Below are positions 38,331 to 46,931 of a stretch of DNA of 64,000 nt, piece by piece; the stretch's first letter is position 1; every line of letters starts with the position of its first letter. The notes beneath the pieces were generated by a model that was given only the letters and a program-made list of their open reading frames with translations, searched no databases and was not told the origin of the DNA. Source of the DNA: a virus (lineage: Duplodnaviria > Heunggongvirae > Uroviricota > Caudoviricetes). The DNA is taken from IMG/VR virus record IMGVR_UViG_3300042430_003153, one strand, 5' to 3'. The position numbers and the translations under genes are program-made.

Positions 38331-39596
38331 ATGAAGTATTTAAAAAGATATGAAGAAGCTGTCGGTGTTAGATTGAAATCAGAATTGAAATCAACTGTCG
38401 AAGACTTGCTTATTGAATTAAGAGATGAAGAGTTCGATACAAAAGTGTCTGAAATAGATTATCATTCACAAAAAGAAAGAGTTAAAGTTTCTGTGAGTAG
38501 GAATAAAGAATTCACATATAGTGATATAAAAATACCAATTGAATCTATTTGGTCTTATTTAAGTGGAGAAGGATTTGAAATAGAACACTTTACTTGTGTA
38601 GAAGATGAAAACTTTGAAGAATCAGAAGATGGATTCACAATTAACCAGAAAATTAAAGGTTATCATTGGACAACAGATCCTGAAACATTTGGTGTTAAGT
38701 CTATTGAAAAAGAATACCAAAGAAGACCTCAAATTGCAAAATCAGAAGTATATAATCCGATTAATTTTGATAGAATTAATAGCTGGTTATTTGAGATTTC
38801 ATTCACTAAGGATAAAATTGAGATAGATAGAAGTAGAGGTCTTTCAACAAATGAAGATCTTGACCCAAGAACATACATAAGTGCGGCTGATAAATTAAAA
38901 AGTTTAGGTCATATTAAAAGACCTGAACAACTAAGAGCTTGGGCAGAGGTTGTTAGACAAAGAGAAAGAGATGCTAAACATAAGATGACGCTTGAACAAG
39001 CAAAAAAATTAGGTCAATTTCAACTAAGATTTGTTAAGGGAAGTGAAATAAGATTTGTAAATTGTTATATACAATTGTATTTTAATTCTGACTATTACCT
39101 AAGTGAGATGTTACCAGAATGGTTAGATGATGAGAGAAATAGTCTTTGGCCACAGTTTATGTTTGGAGTTCATCCAGTAAGTGAAGAAGATTTAGAAGTT
39201 TTAGATTGGTATGTCGGTGGTGATATTAAAGGTTATACAAACTCAGATGGTATAATTTGGTTACAAGATGTTTATATCAATCTGACAAATCAAAGATGCA
39301 AAGATCACCATGGTGTAAAATTACCTATGGTGTCTACAGGAGCTGTATCAATTGAATGTTCTGAATTTTCTGAAGTTTATTTTTCAAACAGAAGAGAAGC
39401 TATTAAGTTTAGAAATTTATTAGTTGGTCTTTTTGAAGGAGATATAGATTACATACAACCGAATGGTAAAGACTTTAAAGAAGATATAATCGAAACTTGG
39501 TGTGAACATGAAGAAAGACCAGTTGAATTGTCAGAGTTGGAAGATTTTATTGATAAACTTAGAGTGGTGAGATTAAATTCATTATATAGAGATTAA
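38331..39596 (+). CDS. paralog family member 4 (extra N-terminal domain plus internal copy of the family N-module)
   Basis: MKYLKRYEE at the N-terminus. Internal NEDLDPRTYISAADKLKSLGH. C-terminal FSNRREAIKFRNLLV. Confidence 0.6.
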   Translation: MKYLKRYEEAVGVRLKSELKSTVEDLLIELRDEEFDTKVSEIDYHSQKERVKVSVSRNKEFTYSDIKIPIESIWSYLSGEGFEIEHFTCVEDENFEESEDGFTINQKIKGYHWTTDPETFGVKSIEKEYQRRPQIAKSEVYNPINFDRINSWLFEISFTKDKIEIDRSRGLSTNEDLDPRTYISAADKLKSLGHIKRPEQLRAWAEVVRQRERDAKHKMTLEQAKKLGQFQLRFVKGSEIRFVNCYIQLYFNSDYYLSEMLPEWLDDERNSLWPQFMFGVHPVSEEDLEVLDWYVGGDIKGYTNSDGIIWLQDVYINLTNQRCKDHHGVKLPMVSTGAVSIECSEFSEVYFSNRREAIKFRNLLVGLFEGDIDYIQPNGKDFKEDIIETWCEHEERPVELSELEDFIDKLRVVRLNSLYRD

Positions 39597-39612
39597 TTAT
39601 TATATTTACAAA

Positions 39613-40785
39613 ATGAAAATTAAAAAATATCAACAGTTTTTAGAATCACAAAGTTCAGATATGTGGAATATAATTCCACAATCGGTTAAAGAATTGCAAT
39701 TACTTTTCAAATCAAAAGGAAAAAAATTGTATGTCGTCGGAGGTGCCGTTAGAGACTTCCTCACTGGAGATAAACCAAAAGACTTTGACTTAGCAACTGA
39801 TGCTCTCCCAGATGAGGTATTAGAAATCATCGGAAAAGATTATAAGACTAACTTACAGGGTAAAGCATTTGGAGTTGTAGTTGTATTCACCGATGATCAA
39901 CCAGAGGGAATGGAAATTGCTACATTCAGAGAAGATGTTAGTAAAGGAAGAAACCCTGAAGTTAAATTAGGAGTTACTATTGAAGATGATGTTAAAAGAA
40001 GAGATTTGACTTATAACGCACTTTTCTATGACTTAGATAATAAAGAGATTGTTGATTTGACTGGAGGTCGTGAGCATTTGAAAAATGGTATAACTCAAAT
40101 GGTTGGTGATCCAACTGAAAGATTTGATGAAGATTCTTTAAGAATTCTTAGAGCTTTCAGATTTGCTTCTCGTTATGGACACCCTCTTCATAAAGATACT
40201 GAAGTGGCAATTGAAAAAAGAAAACAATTAGAAAATATAGAACCTGAAACCGGTGAAATGAAAAGAATTTCTCAAGAAAGAGTTTGGGAAGAAATGAAAA
40301 AAGCTTGGAAACAAGCAAGAGATTATAGAAACTATCTTAACTTCTTTACTAAGTTTGATATGTGGTCTGAAGTTTTTCCTGGTTCTGAAATCAACACTGA
40401 CTTAGTTGATTCGAAAGACTTTGTAGTTGTTATTTCTAACTTATTTAAATTGGAAAATCCAGATGGATTAGAAAAAAGATTAGTTCAAGATTATAAAATC
40501 GAATCAGAAGTAGCAACTAAAATTGTTTTCTTATTAAGATTATTAAAACTAACTCCAGAACTTGCTTTCGATATGTATAAATCAAAACTTCAATGTCATA
40601 TTGAAGATAAAACTATTTTAGAATGGTTTAGAGTGTTGGGTATAAATGATCCTATTAAGATAAAATTTGTTGAATATAAACCAACTACATCAGCTCAGGA
40701 CTTAATGGCTAATGGATTCAAAGGAAAACAATTAGGTGATGAAATCAAAAGAATTGAAATTGAAAATTTCAAAAGTATGTTATAA
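39613..40785 (+). CDS. cca: tRNA nucleotidyltransferase (CCA-adding enzyme) head domain with CTS-like N-terminal extension
   Basis: YVVGGAVRDFLTGDKPKDFDLAT and RRDLTYNALFYD (PolyA_pol head motifs). Preceded by a ~30-aa extension MKIKKYQQFLESQ. Confidence 0.8.
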   Translation: MKIKKYQQFLESQSSDMWNIIPQSVKELQLLFKSKGKKLYVVGGAVRDFLTGDKPKDFDLATDALPDEVLEIIGKDYKTNLQGKAFGVVVVFTDDQPEGMEIATFREDVSKGRNPEVKLGVTIEDDVKRRDLTYNALFYDLDNKEIVDLTGGREHLKNGITQMVGDPTERFDEDSLRILRAFRFASRYGHPLHKDTEVAIEKRKQLENIEPETGEMKRISQERVWEEMKKAWKQARDYRNYLNFFTKFDMWSEVFPGSEINTDLVDSKDFVVVISNLFKLENPDGLEKRLVQDYKIESEVATKIVFLLRLLKLTPELAFDMYKSKLQCHIEDKTILEWFRVLGINDPIKIKFVEYKPTTSAQDLMANGFKGKQLGDEIKRIEIENFKSML

Positions 40786-40816
40786 TTTGTATTTTAAAAA
40801 TTGATATATAGTCATT

Positions 40817-41284
40817 ATGGTTTACTATGTTTCTTATTTAAAAGACCGTGTCGGTAATAATTATCTTGGTTTAAATATACCTTTTGATATAGTAGAGCCT
40901 TATCTAAACGAACTTGAAAGTATTTTAGGTGAAGAAGAATTTAAAATCTATACAAAAAACCAAGCTGATAGAGATTCTGGTAAACATCATTTAACATTGA
41001 TTAATGTTTCTGACTATAACCGATTGATTACAGAAGTTGGAATGGACAAATTCATCAATTCATTGGAATTAATTTTTAATTATGAAGTAGATGATTTAGA
41101 AATGCCTGGAATCGGAATGGCTACTAAATCAGACAACACTTCATATTTTATAGTTTGTGAATCTAATAAATTAGATGCGATAAGAACAAGATATGATTTA
41201 CCAAAATTTGACTTTCACATAACTTTAGGTTTCAAGTGGAAAGATGTTCACGGAGTTCCGAAAAATAAAATCATAGAAAAGTAA
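40817..41284 (+). CDS. 2H phosphoesterase superfamily protein (LigT/cyclic phosphodiesterase-like)
   Basis: Two H-x-T-x motifs (HHLTLI and HITLGF) spaced ~90 aa apart. Confidence 0.6.
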   Translation: MVYYVSYLKDRVGNNYLGLNIPFDIVEPYLNELESILGEEEFKIYTKNQADRDSGKHHLTLINVSDYNRLITEVGMDKFINSLELIFNYEVDDLEMPGIGMATKSDNTSYFIVCESNKLDAIRTRYDLPKFDFHITLGFKWKDVHGVPKNKIIEK

Positions 41285-41334
41285 ACTTTTTAACTAAATA
41301 TAAATATTAAAATCTATATTAAAAAAATAATTTT

Positions 41335-41610
41335 ATGGAGAAAATGGAACTTTATGATTATTACAATCTTTGTGAATGTGTTGACAGAAAAAAAGTAATT
41401 AATGTTTTAAAGAAATTAAAGAAGGAAGGAAAGATTAGTTACTCAATAGATGGCGACACTTTAAAAGTTGAAGATTTAGATCTTGACGAGTCAGATGTTG
41501 AATATTTATCTGATTTGTTTGACGAGAACGATGTCTTTCCTGAGGTTGATAGAGAAGATGATGATGATGATTATTATGACGACTTCGGAGATTACGATGA
41601 TGATTATTAA
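41335..41610 (+). CDS. small acidic protein with poly-D/Y tail
   Basis: C-terminus DREDDDDDYYDDFGDYDDDY. Confidence 0.45.
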   Translation: MEKMELYDYYNLCECVDRKKVINVLKKLKKEGKISYSIDGDTLKVEDLDLDESDVEYLSDLFDENDVFPEVDREDDDDDYYDDFGDYDDDY

Positions 41611-41616
41611 AAAAAA

Positions 41617-41645
41617 GAGTTAGACTAAATCTAACTCTTTTTTCT
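41617..41645. terminator. bidirectional terminator hairpin
   Basis: AGAGTTAGACTAAATCTAACTCT flanked by an A-run and a T-run, between convergent genes. Confidence 0.55.
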
Positions 41646-42521
41646 TTCTTTCTTTTTCTTACGATTCCAAAAATAAATAAATATTGGAATTATAATAGTT
41701 GTCATAAGCCACTGCCAATACTTTTCAAAAAATCCACCAACCGCTACGGTTACATTCTTTTTGATTTTAATATTTTTGTTAAAAACAACTATATCTTTAT
41801 TCAAGTCTTTAACTCTTATAATCAATTTTAAAGGACTATCACCACTCTTCTTAGGTGTAACAATCCATTCCCATTCTGTGTAACTCTCATTGTCTATATT
41901 TTGAACAGGAGTCGATAAGGCTTTTATATCAAAAGCGCCAGCATCAGCTCTTAATTCAGCAGACATCTCACCAGATACTTTAACATCTTCGATAGTTGCA
42001 ACACTTGGTAGTGATGGATTGTTTATAGCATCTGAACTTCCTAAAATCAAATGGGCTTTTGTTTGGCTTCCTGACTTTTTTGAAATTCTTACTTTTACTG
42101 AATATGTTTTTGCAACTTTCATTTCTTCAGGAACTGAATAAGCAATCCAACCTGAAGTTGTATCGTTTTCTTTTAACTGAGAAGTAGCATCAACAACTTT
42201 TAAATTTGTTTTTCTTTCGTGTTTTTCAATTTGTTTGATGACATCTCTTTCATCTATATTTTTTCTTATCTGTTCTTTTTCAACTATCATATAGTTGACT
42301 TCTGGACAACCAAGTTCATTTGTTCCAAATATTTCTGGACACTCATCGTTTATATCTAAAACACCATCATCATCTTTATCTAAATCAACAACTAATAAAC
42401 TATCAATGATTGAATCATTTTTAACGATTTCGTTATCCATTTCAATATTGTTATTGATATCTTTAACATTATTGCAAGAAAATAAACAAATTAATATAAA
42501 TAAAAATAAAGTAACTCTCAT
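41631..42521 (-). CDS. lipoprotein with thrombospondin-type-3-like Ca-binding D-rich repeat and C-terminal TM/basic tail
   Basis: Signal peptide MRVTLFLFILICLFSCNN (lipobox). DKDDDGVLDINDECPE. C-terminal IIIPIFIYFW + KKKKERKKS. Confidence 0.5.
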   Translation of the reverse strand: MRVTLFLFILICLFSCNNVKDINNNIEMDNEIVKNDSIIDSLLVVDLDKDDDGVLDINDECPEIFGTNELGCPEVNYMIVEKEQIRKNIDERDVIKQIEKHERKTNLKVVDATSQLKENDTTSGWIAYSVPEEMKVAKTYSVKVRISKKSGSQTKAHLILGSSDAINNPSLPSVATIEDVKVSGEMSAELRADAGAFDIKALSTPVQNIDNESYTEWEWIVTPKKSGDSPLKLIIRVKDLNKDIVVFNKNIKIKKNVTVAVGGFFEKYWQWLMTTIIIPIFIYFWNRKKKKERKKS

Positions 42522-42579
42522 AGTTTTATATATTTAAATTTTTTATTAACTTTGTTTATTAGAACTATACTTTCAGAAA

Positions 42580-43845
42580 ATGAATATTAAAAATTTCTCT
42601 ATACCACAAACCGCTGGTTGCTATATCTTTAAAGATAGTAAGGGTCAAATCATTTATGTTGGTAAGTCAAAGTTTCTACCTAAACGAGTAAACAGTTACT
42701 TTCAAAAAAATCATAAAGATACCAAAACTGCTAAATTAGTAACTGAAATCAATAATGTAGATTTTATTTCAACTGAAAGTGAAAACGAAGCTCTTGTTTT
42801 AGAAGAAGATTTAATCAAGCTTTACAAACCTAAATTCAATATAAAAGGTAAAGATGATAGAACTATTCGTAGTAAATTGGTTTTAACCGGAGGTGAATGG
42901 AAAAAGTTAGAGTTATTCTACCCACACGAAGAGTTTGATGGTGAAGTTCTTTGTGAGTTTACCTCAGGTAAAGTTGCTCATGAAGTTTATGAAGCAATTT
43001 ATGATATCTTTCAACTAAGAAGTTGTAACTACTCAATAACCGAAGAAAACGTAGAAAAGGGTAAGTTTAAATCTTGTCTTGAATTCCATATGCAAAGATG
43101 TCAAGCTCCGTGTGTTGGTTTAGCAAAAAAAATTGATTACCTATTCACTGTTAAACTAATTAAAGATATTTTTCAATTTAATTTTTCAACATCACTTAAG
43201 TTTTTCAAAAGAAAAATGATATATCATTCGAGTGTTCAAGAGTATGAATTGGCACAAAAGTATAAAATAAAGATGCTAGTAATTAAAAAGATAGAAGGTC
43301 TTCTTAAACCAACTATGACTATTGGTAAACGTAATAGAGTTGAACAAATTCAAAAAGATTTAGGGTTGAAATTTTCACCTACCGTAATTGATGCTTTTGA
43401 TAACTCACATACATCAGGAACAGAAGCGGTTTGTGGGATGGTTAGATTCGCACTTTTAGAAGCTGATAAATCTGAGTGGAGAAAATTCATTATTAAATCA
43501 GGTGCTGGTGGAGATGATTATGGAAGTTTTGATGAAGTCTTAATCAGAAGATTTAAACGATTAGTCGAAGAGAAAACAAATCTACCAAATTTAGTTATAA
43601 TAGATGGTGCTCGTCCACAATTGAATGTTGCAATATCCGTTTTAAAATCATTAGATATTTATGATAAATTAGATGTGATAGCTATTTCGAAAGATGATAG
43701 GCACAGAGCAAACTTAATACACTTATCAAATGGAACTGATGTTTCAATTAAAGGTTATAATGAGTTTGCACATATACTAAACGAAGTTCATAGGTTTTCA
43801 CTTGATTTTCATAGAAAACGTATGTCTAAAAAAATGTTTAAATAA
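42580..43845 (+). CDS. uvrC: UvrC-like excinuclease (GIY-YIG + Cys-rich + RNase H-like endonuclease domain; no C-terminal HhH)
   Basis: GCYIFKDSKGQIIYVGKSKFLPKRVNSYF (GIY-YIG), CQAPCVG, and FDNSHTSGTEAVCGMVRF (UvrC endonuclease domain). 421 aa. Confidence 0.8.
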   Translation: MNIKNFSIPQTAGCYIFKDSKGQIIYVGKSKFLPKRVNSYFQKNHKDTKTAKLVTEINNVDFISTESENEALVLEEDLIKLYKPKFNIKGKDDRTIRSKLVLTGGEWKKLELFYPHEEFDGEVLCEFTSGKVAHEVYEAIYDIFQLRSCNYSITEENVEKGKFKSCLEFHMQRCQAPCVGLAKKIDYLFTVKLIKDIFQFNFSTSLKFFKRKMIYHSSVQEYELAQKYKIKMLVIKKIEGLLKPTMTIGKRNRVEQIQKDLGLKFSPTVIDAFDNSHTSGTEAVCGMVRFALLEADKSEWRKFIIKSGAGGDDYGSFDEVLIRRFKRLVEEKTNLPNLVIIDGARPQLNVAISVLKSLDIYDKLDVIAISKDDRHRANLIHLSNGTDVSIKGYNEFAHILNEVHRFSLDFHRKRMSKKMFK

Positions 43846-43847
43846 AA

Positions 43848-44386
43848 TGGCAGAAAGACAAGAACATGCTTTTGAATATGAAAGTAGAATTATTTTAGAA
43901 AATAATATTATTAAATCAGAAGGATATACCGATAAGTGGGATGCTTTTGAAAATGACATTCCTGTATCGGTAAAAAATATTAAACTAAATTCTGGTGTTG
44001 ATTTTGGTGACTTTAAAAGACAAACTCTTTTAAGCCAAGACTTTTATCTTTATGTTGGATTTTGGCAAACTGATAAAACTAATATTGTTAAAGAATATAA
44101 GATTTTAGTTAGTTTTGAAAACTGGAAGAAATACTTTGGTGATATTACAATTATTCAAGATATGATTGGTGAAATGAAGCAAATATCAAATGACCGTAGT
44201 GATGATGGTAAATGGAAAGAGTTTAGAAAAAAATGGAATCTACTTTACAAAAAGTTTAATAGTAATCCTGTAATCACACTTAGATTTAAAAGAGACCACA
44301 AAAAACAAAAACGAATTCAATGTGGTATATCATCAAGCAACTTTAAGAAACTAATTGATGAAAATCAAATTATTTGGCAGAGATAA
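43848..44386 (+). CDS. hypothetical protein paralogous to the C-terminal domain of ORF 6927..8057 (possible PD-(D/E)xK-like)
   Basis: Start at ATG 43848 avoids overlap with uvrC-like. Shares GDFKR, VGF, IVKEY and LRFKRDxKxQxRIQ with ORF 6927..8057. Confidence 0.5.
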
Positions 44387-44404
44387 TTAATATATATCCT
44401 TAAT

Positions 44405-45670
44405 ATGGATATTATTACTAAATTTTCTAAATTCTTAAATGAATTAAATGAAGCCAGAACAGTAGACTTACCAATTTTAGATGTTGTAATCGATGATGAT
44501 GGTTTAATCTATAATGGAGAACAAGCTGATTTAGTTAAAGGTAGAGTTCAAAGAGAACCTGGAAGAATCGTTACTAGAATTTTAGGAACTGATAATAAAG
44601 AATATCCTGCAGGAATTGACAAAAATGGAAATGTAGTTGCTTTACAAAAAGACACAGAAAACAGAGCACTTAACTCAGCTGGTCAACCAATACCGGTTCC
44701 ACAATTTATACAAAAGAAATATAAAATTGGTCACCAATTCTATTACGAAGATCCAGAGTTTGATTATTACTCTGTGATTCCAATTACACCAACTGGGTGG
44801 ATTAACGTAAAGATTGATATGGAAATTGTGAAAAGAGTTAAAAGATATGCTAAAACTCTTGGAACAAATAACAGAGGACACGAATCTTTTATTTCTAAGT
44901 TAATGGAATTTGAAAAACTATCAACTCAAAGTCGTTCACCACAATATATTTCAAGACTTAAAAGAAGCACTATTCAAAAAGAAATGTCTGCAATTCTTTT
45001 ACTTCACCATATAAATGAAATTAAAGACTTCTTTAATCCATCACAGGGTGGTTTTTTATTTGAATCATTTGTTGCTGGTTTGATTCCAGACGCAAGAGTA
45101 AAAGAAGATAACTCACCAGTTGATATAAAATCAGCAAGTGGTAGATATCAATTAAAATTAGTCGATTTTAAAACAGAATATATTGAAGTAACAAAAGATA
45201 ATGACCCAACCAAATCACCTTGGTTAGAACATTATATGATGGCTTTAAAATATGTCGATAGAATAGATATGTATATTGTTGATGGTAGAATTTTAGAAGA
45301 TAGATACAATAATGATACACTTGAAAATTTAATAACAAAAGGTGGTGCTAAATCTGGACCGAAATTTGCGGTAAAAAGATTAATAGCACTTAATGATCCT
45401 ACTTTAGTTAGAAAGTTCACAATCGAACTAACCGATATTGATGGTAGAATCAAAAACTTAGGTGATAGTCTAAAACAAAGTTTGAAAGAGTTATATGATG
45501 AGTTAAGTAGATTTCAATATAATGTTGAAACAATCATTACTGGAGTTAACGAAAAAGGAAAAGTTGTCAGAGACCAATACGAATTTGATGTTTATCATTT
45601 ATCAGCTGAAAAGAATATCATAAATTTATCACATCACCTAAAAAGGCTAGTATCAGATATAAACAAATAA
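44405..45670 (+). CDS. hypothetical protein with CTS-like N-terminus
   Basis: N-terminus MDIITKFSKFLNELNEA. 421 aa. Confidence 0.5.
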   Translation: MDIITKFSKFLNELNEARTVDLPILDVVIDDDGLIYNGEQADLVKGRVQREPGRIVTRILGTDNKEYPAGIDKNGNVVALQKDTENRALNSAGQPIPVPQFIQKKYKIGHQFYYEDPEFDYYSVIPITPTGWINVKIDMEIVKRVKRYAKTLGTNNRGHESFISKLMEFEKLSTQSRSPQYISRLKRSTIQKEMSAILLLHHINEIKDFFNPSQGGFLFESFVAGLIPDARVKEDNSPVDIKSASGRYQLKLVDFKTEYIEVTKDNDPTKSPWLEHYMMALKYVDRIDMYIVDGRILEDRYNNDTLENLITKGGAKSGPKFAVKRLIALNDPTLVRKFTIELTDIDGRIKNLGDSLKQSLKELYDELSRFQYNVETIITGVNEKGKVVRDQYEFDVYHLSAEKNIINLSHHLKRLVSDINK

Positions 45671-45672
45671 TC

Positions 45673-46185
45673 TTACCAATTATTAGAATAAGTATCAGTG
45701 TCTTCTTTAAAAAGAGATACTAAAGACCAAGCAATAATTGATACTATCGCTCCTATTATAAATAACAAACCACTACTTACTGCTAATCCTAAAAATGCAG
45801 CTACTGGTGCTCCAAAGCAAGCGATTAGTGTAATTGAAGCTCCTGAAATACGAGCTATTTTTTGTAACATTGTTTCAGTTTCTTCATCTTCAACTGATTC
45901 ATTAACAATAGGTTGAATTTGTAATGGATTTCCAACAAATGATTTAACCCAATTCCAAAGTTTCATTAATTCAGATTGATTTTGTTGTTTAAGTTTCTGT
46001 GTAGTTTCTTCCATTAATTCAGGATTTTCTTTAACCCAGTTCATTCCATATTCAGCTCCTTCTTTAACTTCACCTGTTAATTTAGAAATCCAACCTGATA
46101 ATTTTTCTTTAATCCAATTAAAAGCTTGTAAAAACCAATTTTCATTAACAACATTGAATTTTTCATAAGTCTTAATATATCTCAT
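45673..46185 (-). CDS. membrane protein with CTS-like N-terminus and C-terminal TM helices
   Basis: N-terminus MRYIKTYEKFNVVNEN. C-terminal hydrophobic helices (ASITLIACFGAPVAAFLGLAVSSGLLFIIGAIVSIIAW). Confidence 0.5.
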   Translation of the reverse strand: MRYIKTYEKFNVVNENWFLQAFNWIKEKLSGWISKLTGEVKEGAEYGMNWVKENPELMEETTQKLKQQNQSELMKLWNWVKSFVGNPLQIQPIVNESVEDEETETMLQKIARISGASITLIACFGAPVAAFLGLAVSSGLLFIIGAIVSIIAWSLVSLFKEDTDTYSNNW

Positions 46186-46273
46186 ATTAGTGAATAATTT
46201 TTATAGTTTATATATAAATTTTATAAATTTATTTTTTATAAAAACTTTTACTACAGACCTATTTATAATAAGT

Positions 46274-46930
46274 ATGGAATTATTTCACTTTGATATTGAG
46301 ACTGCTTGTAACTATCCAAACTGGAAAAACTTTCTTTCTGAAGATGAAAGAGGAGCTAAACTTTTTGAATCTAAATATCACCGTATGAATTGGGAAGAAA
46401 AGTATTCTTCAATCGAAGAGGCTTATTTAGAACAGGGTGGTATTATTTCAACATATGGTAGAATTGTTTGTATCTCTTTTGGATTTACTGATGATAGTGG
46501 TCAAATACAAATTCGTTCAATTTATGGTGAAGATGAAAAAGATATAGTTGAATCTTTTAATAATCTATTGAAAAAGATTGAAAAGAAATCGTTTAATTTA
46601 TCTGGATTCAGAATCCTACATTTCGATATTCCATATGTCTTACATAAACTACATAAGTATTCAATTACACCAGCTGATATCATCAAACCATATAACAAAA
46701 AACCTTGGGAAATGAGAATCGTTGATATGGCAGATGATTGGAGACAAAAATTTGCTTGGTCTTGGTCATTCGATGAAATGTGTTATGAATTAGATATAGA
46801 TTCTCCGAAAGATAAGATAAATGGAGGTGACGTTAATTCTTATTTCTGGTCTGGTAAATTAGAAGAGATTAAAGAGTATTGTGAAAAAGACGTTAAAGCT
46901 TGTATAGAAGCTTCAAAAAGAATTTATTAG
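46274..46930 (+). CDS. DEDDy-type 3'-5' exonuclease (DnaQ-like)
   Basis: HFDIETA (Exo I DxE), ILHFDIPYVL, and YCEKDV (Exo III YxxxD). Start taken at ATG 46274 rather than the upstream hydrophobic track start. Confidence 0.55.
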   Translation: MELFHFDIETACNYPNWKNFLSEDERGAKLFESKYHRMNWEEKYSSIEEAYLEQGGIISTYGRIVCISFGFTDDSGQIQIRSIYGEDEKDIVESFNNLLKKIEKKSFNLSGFRILHFDIPYVLHKLHKYSITPADIIKPYNKKPWEMRIVDMADDWRQKFAWSWSFDEMCYELDIDSPKDKINGGDVNSYFWSGKLEEIKEYCEKDVKACIEASKRIY

Positions 46931-46931
46931 A

